From NCBI GenBank assembly GCA_040954595.2, contig CM082591.2:9937309-10001308 (forward strand): a DNA stretch of 64,000 nucleotides, written 5' to 3'. The notes below the pieces were generated by a model, which saw only the letters and a program-made list of their open reading frames with translations, was not told where the DNA came from and did no database searches. The position numbers and the translations under genes are program-made. Of the stretch, positions 1 through 12,231 are shown piece after piece (positions within the stretch are counted from its first letter, which is position 1; each line of letters begins with the position of its first letter). Origin of the DNA: Balanoglossus misakiensis (taxonomy: Eukaryota; Animalia; Hemichordata).

Positions 1-1397
1 GTCCTTTTGCGATGATAGAATGCTTGCTTGAAGTCTCTCGTGCAATAAATGATGTCGATTCATACATGTATGGATGGTGTATAGGTGGTCGGAATTTACA
101 TGTCTTCGCCACGACCAAACCAACAACACGTAAAATCAAAGTTTGGGTCATAAAATCGAGTTTGGTTGCAGTCTAGAATTTCATGCCACCCCTTATGGTC
201 ATATTATTCTTGGTAGGCAAAAGTGACAAGTAGTCAAGTTTCAACACAGGCAACATTTTTTACAAACAAACCACAAAGAAGACATCAAAAGGGAGAGAAT
301 TATAGAATGGTCAATGTGTGAAAAGTTAAGATACGTAAAGTGGCCGGGTTCAACATTAACTCATCGACTTCATATCGTCTTCATGCCATGGTTTTTGCCT
401 GCCCTGAAAGTTCTTGTCGTTGCAGAAGTGGTTTTGACAGAAAGAATTTAGTCTTCCGGGATGTTTGTGATTATTTGAACACCAGACAATACAATGCAAC
501 CTTGACTTCCAAAATACTTACCGGCATTGCATTATCTTACCATGGTTAGGCCTACAGTGAACAAATTTTCAACAATATTTTCTGAGTTACCGCTGATATT
601 TGTTTTGTAGTATGGATATTAAATTATACATCCCGATACATAGCAGAATGTTATAGAATCCTTCCTGAGTGATATTGAAAAAAATTACCGGAATGCTACC
701 GCCTAATCTATGGTTAGGGTTATTGCTATTATTTTATATCAGTAATCGACTTTGTGTATATCAATGTCATTTTCATAACGAAAATGAACTCGAGTCTAAT
801 GTAAACGTTACGAATTGATCGAAAGGCGCTCTGATGAATGTTAACACGAGTGCGCAGTGACAAGACATGCATCGTGCATGACAGTGACAACAGTTCCTAT
901 AGAGCAGTTAAAAAATAAACCGGCCGTCCGTAAATTTATCAGCTATATTTTTTTTATTTATTCACGTTTTTCCTGTTGCATGCTATTAGTTCAGGGGCCA
1001 GTTTTAGCAGTGCTCTATTGAGTACTTTCGTATCGATGGATTGATCTCTCGTCCAATCAGAATGGCGGATGGTAGCATGATCCGACATATTGCGTATTAC
1101 AATAGGGCTTCCTCATACAGGTCAGAACGGCGAGGTCATTCCTTTTATTTTAGGACGTCTCAGCTCCTTTGTCTTTTCTGTTATAGTGTTAAAGAAATCA
1201 AACGGTTTTGTTTTGGCCGGTAAACACCGATGGATTAACTCTTAAGTCCATCGTGCATCCAAACGCAGTCGAGTCGGTTTGGTCATTGTTTATGCGACAG
1301 TAAATGCCAAATGTGACAGAAGCATCATATTAAATGAGATAGAATACACAAACAAACAAACATACGAATAAACAAACAGGCAAACAAACAACCATTA

Positions 1398-1652
1398 GGG
1401 ACTGCTCAGAATTTACTTCCAAGTTGGGGATGGAGGATTTTTTATTTTCCTGGTGATTTTTTTCCATGGTCTCCCCTAGTAAATTGTGGAGGAAATATGT
1501 GGTCCCTCCTTAAATTTCCTGGGGATTTTCCATGGTCCCCCTATTGTGACTTTTATGTCTAGTCTCCCCTAATTTGTCTTGGAGAAAATGGGTGGTCCCC
1601 CCCCCCCCTCTGAAAATTCTCCACCCCCTGGAAGTAAATTCTGAACAGTCCC
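1398..1652. mobile_element. PIF/Harbinger-type MITE (255 bp) embedded in every complete 2.5-kb unit
   Basis: 24-bp TIR gggactg(t/c)tcagaatttacttcca / tggaagtaaattctgaacagtccc, flanked by TTA on both sides (1395-1397, 1653-1655). A 3-bp TWA target duplication with G-rich termini is characteristic of PIF/Harbinger. Confidence 0.85.
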
Positions 1653-1756
1653 TTATTAAAGCCAACAGCTAGCACCCTGGCTTCTCTGCCAGAGGAGCGA
1701 TAACATCGACAAAATGCAGATACACAAGAAATGAGCACTTTATTCCACAAGTGAAG

Positions 1757-1844
1757 TAGTCTGTTCCCTGCCCCATTCCCACCGCTGGCTGCGCCCTTTA
1801 GCGTAGCGCCGATGGCAGTGGGAATGGGGCAGGGGACCAGACTA
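1757..1844. mobile_element. 88-bp hairpin MITE with TAG...CTA ends and 9-bp TSD (AcademH-like), in every complete 2.5-kb unit
   Basis: tagtctgttccctgccccattcccac...gtgggaatggggcaggggaccagacta is a near-perfect palindrome. caagtgaag is duplicated at 1748-1756 and 1845-1853. The family assignment is inferred from termini and TSD length. Confidence 0.8.
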
Positions 1845-4800
1845 CAAGTGAAGAACCCCAGTAACAGACGTAACGAACAAACAAACTACATGTACTAACA
1901 ACAAAGCAAGAAAAGTGTCAAGCGTCGTCAAAGAAAACGAAAAAGTTCTAGCATGGTTGGTAAAAGTTATTGGTAGAAAACGAATAGGGCCTTCTACAAA
2001 TGACGTCTCAGACCCGCAAACGCCACCAGAACACAAAACACATGCACAGAACAGTTTAAGCCGGTTGTTGTATGGAGCAGCAATAATCTGCGGTTGGGCC
2101 GTCGTAGATTTTCGCTGGTGGTGAAAATAAATAAAACACGATCGATGTTCGATTTATTCCAGATCACATGCGTTTACGGCCAGGAGAGAGCATAAAAGTC
2201 TTCAAATGACCATGTGGTGGCGCACTTTTTCCGATTGGCTGTATTTCAATTTGTTCGTGGTAAATTAATTCTGTGGAGGTGACCGGCACTGAAGCTCTTA
2301 GCTAGGATGAGGTGGGATGGAAAAATGCCCCATTTTAGCTGTTTTAAAATATACGACTATTTATAGACAAAAGGAAAATAAAACAAGCGCAAAAACATAC
2401 CAAACCTAGTTTTATTAATTAAAAACAAAATTGCTGAGTAAAGGTTTTCATGTGGGCATTCACTTTGAACTTGCTAAATTAATTTAAAGAGACAAAGTTG
2501 CTCTCTCTTTGTCCTTTTGCGATGATAGAATGCTTGCTTGAAGTCTCTCGTGCAATAAATGATGTCGATTCATACATGTATGGATGGTGTATAGGTGGTC
2601 GGAATTTACATGTCTTTGCCAGGACCAAACCAACAACACGTAAAATCAAAGTTTGGGTCATGAAATCGAGTTTTGTTACAGTCTAGAATTTCATGCCACC
2701 CCTTATGGTCATATTATTCTTGGTAGGCAAACGTGACAAGTAGTCAAGAGAATTATAGAATGGTCAATGTGTGAAAAGTTAAGATACGTAAAGTGGCCGG
2801 GTTCAACTCATCGACTTCATATCGTCTTCATGCCATGGTTTTTGCCTGCCCTGAAAGTTCTTGTCGTTGCAGAAGTGGTTTTGACAGAAAGAATTTAGTC
2901 TTCCGGGATGTTTGTGATTATTTGAACACCAGACAATACAATGCAACCTTGACTTCCAAAATACTTACCGGCATTGCATTATCTTACCATGGTTAGGCCT
3001 ACAGTGAACAAATTTTCAACAATATTTTCTGAGTTACCGCTGATATTTGTTTTGTAGTATGGATATTAAATTATACATCCCTATACAAAGCAGAATGTTA
3101 TAGAATCCTTCCTGAGTGATATTGAAAAAATTACCGGAATGCTACCGCCTAATCTATGGTTAGGGTTATTGCTATTATTTTATATCAGTAATCGACTTTG
3201 TGTATATCAATGTCATTTTCATAACGAAAATGAACTCGAGTCTAATGTAAACGTTACGAATTGATCGAAAGGCGCTCTGATGAATGTTAACACGAGTGCG
3301 CAGTGACAAGACATGCATCGTGCATGACAGTGACAACAGTTCCTATAGAGCAGTTAAAAAATAAACCGGCCGTCCGTAAATTTATCAGCTATATTTTTTT
3401 TTATTTAGTCACGTTTTCCCTGTTGCATGCTATTAGTTCAGGGGCCAGTTTTAGCAGTGCTCTATTGAGTACTTTCGTATCGATGGATTGATCTCTCGTC
3501 CAATCAGAATGGCGGATGGTAGCATGATCCGACATATTACGTATTACAATAGGGCTTCCTCATACAGGTCAGAACGGTGAGGTCATTCCTTTTATTTTAG
3601 GACGTCTCAGCTCCTTTGTCTTTTCTGTTATAGTGTTAAAGAAATCAAACGGTTTTGTTTTGGCCGGTAAACACCGATGGATTAACTCTTAAGTCCATCG
3701 TGCATCCAAACGCAGTCGAGTCGGTTTGGTCATTGTTTATGCGACAGTAAATGCCAAATGTGACAGAAGCATCATATTAAATGAGATAGAATACACAAAC
3801 AAACAAACATACGAATAAACAAACAGGCAAACAAACAAACAAACAACCATTAGGGACTGTTCAGAATTTACTTCCAAGTTGGGGATGGAGGATTTTTTAT
3901 TTTCCTGGTGATTTTTTTCCATGGTCTCCCCTAGTAAATTGTGGAGGAAATATGTGGTCCCTCCTTAAATTTCCTGGGGATTTTCCATGGTCCCCCTATT
4001 GTGACTTTTATGTCTAGTCTCCCCTAATTTGTCTTGGAGAAAATGGGTGGTCCCCCCCTCTGAAAATTCTCCGCCCCCTGGAAGTAAATTCTGAACAGTC
4101 CCTTATTAAAGCCAACAGCTAGCACCCTGGCTTCTCTGCCAGAGGAGCGATAACATCGACAAAATGCAGATACACAAGAAATGAGCACTTTATTCCACAA
4201 GTGAAGTAGTCTGTTCCCTGCCCCATTCCCACCGCTGGCTGCGCCCTTTAGCGTAGCGCCGATGGCAGTGGGAATGGGGCAGGGGACCAGACTACAAGTG
4301 AAGAACCCCAGTAACAGACGTAACGAACAAACAAACTACATGTACTAACAACAAAGCAAGAAAAGTGTCAAGCGTCGTCAAAGAAAACGAAAACGTTCTA
4401 GCATGGTTGGTAAAAGTTATTGGTAGAAAACGAATAGGGCCTTCTACAAATGACGTCTCAGACCCGCAAACGCCACCAGAACACAAAACACATGCACAGA
4501 ACAGTTTAAGCCGGTTGTTGTATGGAGCAGCAATAATCTGCGGTTGGGCCGTCGTAGATTTTCGCTGGTGGTGAAAATAAATAAAACACGATCGATGTTC
4601 GATTTATTCCAGATCACATGCGTTTACGGCCAGGAGAGAGCATAAAAGTCTTCAAATGACCATGTGGTGGCGCACTTTTTCCGATTGGCTGTATTTCAAT
4701 TTGTTCGTGGTAAATTAATTTTGTGGAGGTGACCGGCACTGAAGCTCTTAGCTAGGATGAGGTGGGATGGAAAAATGCCCCATTTTAGATGTTTTAAAAT

Positions 4801-6487
4801 ATACGACTATTTATAGACAAAAGGAAAATAAAACGAGCGCAAAAACATACCAAACCTAGTTTTATTAATTAAAAACAAAATTGCCGAGTAAAGGTTTTCA
4901 TGTGGGCATTCACTTTGAACTTGCTAAATTAATTTAAAGAGACAAAGTCGCTCTCTCTTTGTCCTTTTGCGATGATAGAATGCTTGCTTGAAGTCTCTCG
5001 TGCAATAAATTATGTCGATTCATACATGTATGGATGGTGTATAGGTGGTCGGAATTTACATGTCTTTGCCACGACCAAACCAACAACACGTAAAATCAAA
5101 GTTTGGGTCATGAAATCGAGTTTTGTTACAGTCTAGAATTTCATGCCACCCCTTATGGTCATATTATTCTTGGTAGGCAAAAGTGACAAGTAGTCAAGTT
5201 TCAACACAGGCAACATTTTTTTACAAACAAACCACAAAGAAGACATCAAAAGGGAGAGAATTATAGAATGGTCAATGTGTGAAAAGTTAAGATACGTAAA
5301 GTGGCCGGGTTCAACATTAACTCATCGACTTCATATCGTCTTTGTGCCATGGTTTTTGCCTGCCCTGAAAGTTCTTGTCGTTGCAGAAGTGGTTTTGACA
5401 GAAAGAATTTAGTCTTCCGGGATGTTTGTGATTATTTGAACACCAGACAATACAATGCAACCTTGACTTCCAAAATACTTACCGGCATTGCATTATCTTA
5501 CCATGGTTAGGCCTACAGTGAACACATTTTCAACAATATTTTCTGAGTTACCGCTGATATTTGTTTTGTAGTATGGATATTAAATTATACATCCCGATAC
5601 AAAACAGAATGTTATAGAATCCTTCCTGAGTGATATTGAAAAAATTACCGGAATGCTACCGCCTAATCTATGGTTAGGGTTATTGCTATTATTTTATATC
5701 AGTAATCGACTTTGTGTATATCAATGTCATTTTTATAACGAAAATGAACTCGAGTCTAATGTAAACGTTACGAATTGATCGAAAGGCGCTCTGGTGAATG
5801 TTAACACGAGTGCGCAGTGACAAGACATGCATCGTGCATGACAGTGACAACAGTTCCTATAGAGCAGTTAAAAAATAAACCGGTCGTCCGTAAATTTATC
5901 AGCTATATTTTTTTTTATTTAGTCACGTTTTCCCTGTTGCATGCTATTAGTTCAGGGGCCAGTTTTAGCAGTGCTCTATTGAGTACTTTCGTATCGATGG
6001 ATTGATCTCTCGTCCAATCAGAATGGCGGATGGTAGCATGATCCGACATATTGCGTATTACAATAGGGCTTCCTCATACAGGTCAGAACGGAGAGGTCAT
6101 TCCTTTTATTTTAGGACGTCTCAGCTCCTTTGTCTTTTCTGTTATTTTTGACAAATGCGGATGACGTTCCATTTCCAATTGGCGATAATTATATTTATTT
6201 GTATTTCATTGCATAAGCGCTTGCTAGTCGTTTTTTCGCAATTTTTTTGTAGTACAAAAACACTGAAGAAAACGAAATATTTTATTCATTCGCACTTCCA
6301 AAGAACACCGTGACAGAATTCCTCAATTTGCATTTCAGTTTGTGTGTCTGGTGTGTCTGCATTGACGTGAGGCGCATTCTCCACCCGCACACATACGTTG
6401 CATTGCATTCTTTGACTAATTAGTGTGACGTCATGTTGAAGCAGGATTCTGATTGAGTAGTAAGTAATTTGCATAATTGACGCACAG

Positions 6488-6602
6488 CTGGTGCCTCGTT
6501 CTCCTACCGCTGACCGTTGCATTTGAAAAATCATTGCAGCTTTGACGTTCATCAAGCATGGAGGCGACCGGGACCTCCATGCTTGATGATGTCGTTTCTC
6601 TG
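6488..6602 (+). ncRNA. Putative spliced exon 0 (115 nt) carrying a perfect 16-bp hairpin
   Basis: The acceptor context ttgcataattgacgcacag resembles the exon B acceptor ttgcatatatttgattcacag. The donor context tg|gtaagcat is identical to exon A. The stem is 6549-6564 / 6574-6589. An alternative acceptor (tcattgcag) ends at 6539. Confidence 0.5.
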
Positions 6603-6847
6603 GTAAGCATGGCATTTAATGTTATTTTACAAGTACATGTACACTCCTTCTAGCAAAAACTGGTCGTGGTAGGGCGAGAGGGTCCTCCCAACATCGAAAT
6701 TCTGACTTAGGGAAGCGTTACAGCACCAAACAGTAAACTCACAGTCGCATGGAATTTGTGCGTTATATTACACCGTGCGAGTAAATTGTACGTCGTTCGT
6801 TGGCTCGAGTCAGCTTTGTTATTGTGGAGCAGGTGGTACCGTAACAC

Positions 6848-7210
6848 CACAGGGGGCTCTCCCTAGGCGATGTTATTGTTTGTTTGTTGTTGTTGTTGAT
6901 TGGCATAATAAACAAATACATATTTCTTTATTAATAAATATGGTTTGTTGACATGTAAGGGTTAGGTTATTAGGGTATATTTGACAGGTTATGGTATATT
7001 CAATGGTTAGGATTAGTGTTGGCATTTTTTCGATCCATGGCCGGCATCACCCCCCCCCCACCCCCCAACCCCCCCTGTGGCTTAGTGATGCCCGGGGCCG
7101 TGGATCAACAAACCATATTTATTAATAAAGAAATATGTATTTGTTTATTATGCCAATCAACAACAACAAACAAACAAACAATAAAATCGCGGAGGGAGGA
7201 GCCCCCTGTG
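6848..7210. mobile_element. 363-bp MITE, ~100-bp TIRs, CAC...GTG ends, 7-bp TSD (P-element-like)
   Basis: 6848-6950 is the inverted complement of 7105-7210, and gtaacac is duplicated at 6841-6847 and 7211-7217. Confidence 0.85.
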
Positions 7211-7413
7211 GTAACACACTACAGTATAACTTTTAAGGCAAAGCGATAGCGAATAAACTGACCAGGGTTGGTTTTGTTGTTGGGGAGATTTTTGGCACCA
7301 TTGAGACTGTTATAAGCTACCAGTGTGAGCTATGGTATAGCCGTTAACACGCAGCCCTGCCACGCAGAGCTTCTATGACTGGTTACTAACTTCTATGTCT
7401 ATTTGATTCACAG

Positions 7414-7488
7414 ATGCTGCCTGAAACTGTCTGCGTTTCAACTCGGGATTCTCTTCCTTGTCCGGGGCGAGTTTAAGACCGCTCAATG
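7414..7488 (+). ncRNA. Putative exon A1 (75 nt)
   Basis: Consensus branch point TACTAAC (7384-7390), acceptor tttgattcacag, donor g|gtaagc. The exon is conserved in copy 2. Confidence 0.6.
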
Positions 7489-7730
7489 GTAAGCATGACT
7501 TGCTTTATATTTGCTTTTATCGGGTGTTGCAACCGAAACAATAGGAAGAAATGTATGTCTACGAACTAATTTACATATTCCAGCTTTCAATACAATGTAC
7601 TTGTTTTTTCCCCTTCGAATTCTGGCCTTGATTGCTTGTGATATGATCGTGATGTCATGAATTAGATGGACAACTCACAAGTTCAAATCTTCACGTGGAG
7701 CATAAAATAAATTTGGATGCATTTCCTTAA

Positions 7731-8077
7731 AGGGACAAAGTCTCTCTCTCGCTGCCCTTTTTTCCATAATTATATTTGATACAAGACACCGTTTGTTATT
7801 CTACATGTAGATATATAGTGAATGAACGTTCAGCCACACACAACTTCCGTCCCACTTGTAGACACGAGAGTAAAAATACTCGCCAAAATGAATAATCGTT
7901 CTTTACCATTTATTCATTTTGGGCGAGTTTTTACTCTCATATCATACAAGCGGGATGGAAGTTTTGTGTGGTTGATCATTGATTCACTATATATCCAAAT
8001 GTACATTAACATAAACAGTGTCTTGTATCAAACATAATTAATGGAAAAAAGGACAGCGAGAGAGAGACTTTGTCCCT
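7731..8077. mobile_element. 347-bp foldback MITE with TTAA TSD (Kolobok-like)
   Basis: ttaa|agggacaaagtctctctctcgctg...cagcgagagagagactttgtccct|ttaa, imperfectly palindromic along its whole length. The paralogous empty site 'tttccttaaccatatag' is at ~14130-14146. Confidence 0.92.
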
Positions 8078-8415
8078 TTAACCATATAGCTAAAATTACT
8101 CCCATACCAATACACAGGGAGATACTTTAACTTTGGCTGAACGTGTGCTAGTCCAACACTATGCTTAATCAAACTGGCTAAGAGATCTGTTATTATATTA
8201 GACGCATGAAGGAAAGTAATGTTGTTTAGAGTGAAATAAAACAATACTTTAGGCCAGAAAGAAAAATGTAAATAATGACACAAGCAGACTGGAATTTTTT
8301 TATGATTCTATATTATACCATGTTTTGCATATTTTCACTAATTTGTATGGCCCACATAATTCTAAAGCAAGGTTGATTGGTTACTAATTAATATTTGCAT
8401 ATATTTGATTCACAG

Positions 8416-8488
8416 TCTTAAACACAGCATTTCAACGTATGCCGGAGGAGGAAGAGAATACCTAGGCCTGATCCAAGACCGCTTTCCG
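8416..8488 (+). ncRNA. Putative exon B1 (73 nt)
   Basis: Branch-like TACTAAT, acceptor tttgattcacag identical to exon A, donor g|gtaagc. Identical to B2. Confidence 0.6.
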
Positions 8489-8750
8489 GTAAGCCCTACT
8501 TGCTGTATACATGCTCCATAGCTTGTTTGTAAATGCTACCTTTTCCCATCAAATAGTGAAGTCACCCTTTTAAAATTATGGTGGTGGCAAGCCACAACTG
8601 GTTATCATGAAGAGTTGGACACCACTAATAATCATTTCAATATTTTCCAATTGGTAACCTTTATGTACCACTATCCTCAACAATTTCAGTCAACAAGATT
8701 CATATTGCGCTGTATAGCAAGGCCAAACAAATATGACTGATTGATAGGGA

Positions 8751-8793
8751 TTTTTAGCTCACGTGATTTTCACGTGAGCTTATAGTTTAGCGA

Positions 8794-8837
<44 letters not shown>

Positions 8838-11028
8838 TGTATACCCGATATCTCAAGAACCGCTGAACCGATTTCAACCAAATTTAGTACACATGTTCAG
8901 ATATCATATGGCAAGAACTGAAAAGGTTTTGGTGGGTGTGGCTTTGATATTAATGAAGTTATTAAAGTTTTAATTTTTCTATTACATGGTTTTCTATGAG
9001 AGCTTTCGTTAATGCCGCATATATGTCCAGTGGAAACGATAGTTTGAGGAGATCGACTGTTTGAGGGCGCTGTGAAATGAGAAAGTCAAGTTTGGCTGTA
9101 GCTTGGGCTGTAGCTGTGTTATAGTATATAGCTCTGTGCTCAGACAGTGTACTCGTCGTTACAGTTACACAGTTTCAGGATCTAAATGGCAAGAACTGGA
9201 AAGGTTTTGGTAGGTGTGGCTTGGATAGTAATGAAATTATCAAATTTTTAATTTGTGAAATGAGACATTCCTGGCGATATTGCCGTGGTTCTGTCCATGC
9301 TGAGACGCTGTACCCGTCGTTACGAATAACTTCCCTACGTGAATCCACAAGGAAGCTAACGTTGTTTAGTTGCTTCATAGAGTGTAAATTGTTAATCTAC
9401 AGTCAATCTCAAAATGTCACCAGGCTTTCTATTTGTCTATTGTTCAGAGAAAAATAACATGGCGGTTGATCACACTAAACAGTAAAATCCGTTTTGTGTG
9501 TTTATAGGCAGTCTGTTATCGCCAATACTATATAGCGATTGCTAGATGGCCTACCCAATATGTGATCGAGCGAGAATGATAACATTGAATGTCTGTTCAG
9601 ATCTCATGCCGTACGTCATACGTCAACATTTCGATTTCGATTTAATCCATTCATAAAGAATTTAGAGAAAGTCGTCTTGAATTGTGACCCCGACTATCAA
9701 TTTTACGATGATTTTTTGGCGACGGAATACACGAGACGCCATTGCATTATAACTAGGTCAGCTGGACTTCCAAGGTTACCATTTTGTGTGTATGGAATCT
9801 TATCACAGAGACCACGTACTTTGACAATATGCCATGCTATATCAATGACGCCCCAGAAAATCTGTCGAAAAATGAATTTGTCTTCTCATGGTGGTGCAAT
9901 ATATTTTAATGTCTATTTTGAGGTTGATTTTGGTTTTTGGCTAACATGTATATCAATGTCAGCTTATAGCAATATTAACTGGAACAATGTTCAAATAGTC
10001 AAAATTGAAAAACTTAATAACAGCGGATCAGATTCAGTTAAAAATTGGCGTGCATTGGTGTGCAAGTACTTTGGGAAGACCTCGTATGATTTTGTTCAGG
10101 TGGAGTCAGTATCTGGCGTTTGCTATTTTTTATGAATTTTGGGGGGGAATTTTCTGCAGTTTTGTTAAAAAAATTTCTTCTCTGAAATTACATGTCCAAT
10201 TGATTGGAAACTTGGTATGGAGGTTCATAGGGCTTACCTGAATCAAATTTGTGCAAACGGTGGTGAAATTTGCAAAAATGCATTTTTGGGCAATATTTCC
10301 TGTTTTTGTCAAAAAATCAAATCCTGTGAAACTGTAAGTGCAATTGTTTTGATACTTTGTATTTGGGTTCCTAGGGGTGATCTCAGTCAGATATGATCAA
10401 ATTGTAATGAAATTTGCATAATTGTATTTTTGGGAATTTCTGCAGGGTTTGGCCAAATAGTCTTCAGTAAAACCACAAGTCCAATTGATTGGAAACTTTG
10501 AATGGGAATTCATATATGTGATATCAGTCAGATTTGTCTGAATTTCCTGTTGTTTGCCAAAATGTCTTCCTTATTGAAACTTGTTAAAGAGGTTCTTAGG
10601 CATGAACAGAAATCAAGACCTGATGTAAACTCAGAATTGAAAAGAAATGTTTTCATTCAAATATTGTCGAAATATCAATATGTGTGATAGTGTACTTTTC
10701 TATCCTGGTTATGGTTTAAATATGGAGTTGTCACAATAATGAAATAATAAGAGGCACTGATCAGTATTCAACAATTAGGTTACAAGGGGGAGTGCAGGGG
10801 TTTCAAGCTAAACTTATTTTTTGTTATTTGACATCGTCCCTAACCCCTTACAAAAATTGACAAGGCAACAATTCCACAAACATGTTTACATTTCACAATG
10901 GTGCAACACACAACCCTTACACCATATACAATATAAACCAAAATGGTTTAGCACTGGTTTTTCTAATCTTGTTATTCTGTCAACCAATCACAGTACTGCA
11001 CGTGAGCATATTCAGTTAATATCTGGTT
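8751..11028 (+). mobile_element. Helentron-associated (HINE/DINE-1-like) non-autonomous element
   Basis: Starts in a T run with sub-terminal repeat gctcacgtg and a nearby inverted copy cacgtgagc. These are followed by a (GT)n microsatellite (~8798-8836), degenerate core repeats, and a 3' cacgtgagc at 10999-11007 shortly before ...ctggtt. Absent from duplication copy 2. Confidence 0.65.
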
Positions 11029-12231
11029 CTGAAAATGTGACAAAATCAACAAATCAACAATAATCAGTCACCAATCATGCATTATGTGTTATTCGAGGGA
11101 ACCTGAGCGGGTCCCATAAACCTGCCAACCCATGCTAGCCATGACTTTACAAATGTTTTCGTCATACTATGCAGAAAATTCTGGCTGCCTTAAATAGGTT
11201 TTCACTTTGCGCTAGGTGTCAAATCTCATTGCATTCTGGGCGGAAAGTCCATAACCAACTCTAGTAAGAGATAGAAGAAATGATATGTTTACTGTATGTC
11301 ATGACTTCCTTTGGTCAAACATTTCTGTCTCGGTAGTTAGCATATTAAACTTTTTTCACTTTTGCTATTTTTTCTATTAAAAAGTTCAAGAATGACCCAT
11401 CATCATTTTAGCTTATGAACTCTCATTTCTTTAACATGGCAAAAATCGGCCATCTTGAAATTGTCGACCGTATGAGATTTTCATCACTCATTTAGGGTAT
11501 CTTAAAACGTGTTTAAAGTAGGGAGAATTGTATAGGCATGACTTGGGCTGTAAATTTGATGAAATAGCTACATGCCTATTGTTCACAAGCAGCTGACTGT
11601 ACTGTAAGACTGGAAGTGTTGTTTTCATATTTTACATATTCAATATTTGTAATTAGACCATGTCATGTATATCTTGGGGATTGCTCGATCGCAATGTCTC
11701 TGCTGGTACAATGTCCTTTTAACATGTTCAGTAATATGGTAGTAATTGTAAGTTTGTGTGCGGCATTTGTAAATTATTTACAATTTATAAATTATTTTGT
11801 AAGTTTCTTCATTCTCAAATTGCTTGCCTAACGTACTGCATTAACATTTACATTTCGGTATGATTTTGAGTAGACTTTTTGTTTCAAAATTATTTTCGAC
11901 ACTTTTGGGTGATATGATTTTACATGGAAAATCTGATTTCCCTGTAATTCGGTTGACAGGATTTTCACCATATCTCTAAATCATGAAGTACATGTATCAG
12001 AATTGCATCAGGCCCCCAAAATTCTAGTCGCCTTTGGCAAGTAATATTAGCCATTGATCTGGGAAAGTTACAAAAATGTGTTGTCCAAGGACGTTGAAGG
12101 TACATGTGGTTTTTACACTTGCTGCATGTTTATAATTTGCAATAGAAATAGACACTCAGTGCCAGCCCACTATCCCGTCTCCTTATTGCTGACTTGTATG
12201 TATGTATGTATGTACGCATTTTATCAGAATT

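Larger units (their letters stand above)
1..6145. repeat. ~2.51-kb macrosatellite, left block (~2.45 units, runs off window start)
   Basis: The same sequence restarts at 1, 2511 and 4961, and the same spurious ORFs recur. Unit 2 has a ~50-bp deletion near 2748. The third unit breaks off after 'cttttctgttat' at ~6145. Confidence 0.97.

Noticed and set aside
514-525. atacttacc resembling the U1 snRNA 5' end in each 2.5-kb unit
   Set aside because: Similarity stops after 9 nt, with no U1 stem-loops or Sm site. It is equally just a minus-strand ggtaagtat.
710-723. ggttagggtta as a telomeric repeat
   Set aside because: Fewer than two full TTAGGG units, which is chance level.
9677-10135. 152-aa ORF, and the 144-aa ORF at 18146-18580
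   Set aside because: They have TTG starts, no recognisable domain, and lie within or across repeat-derived sequence.
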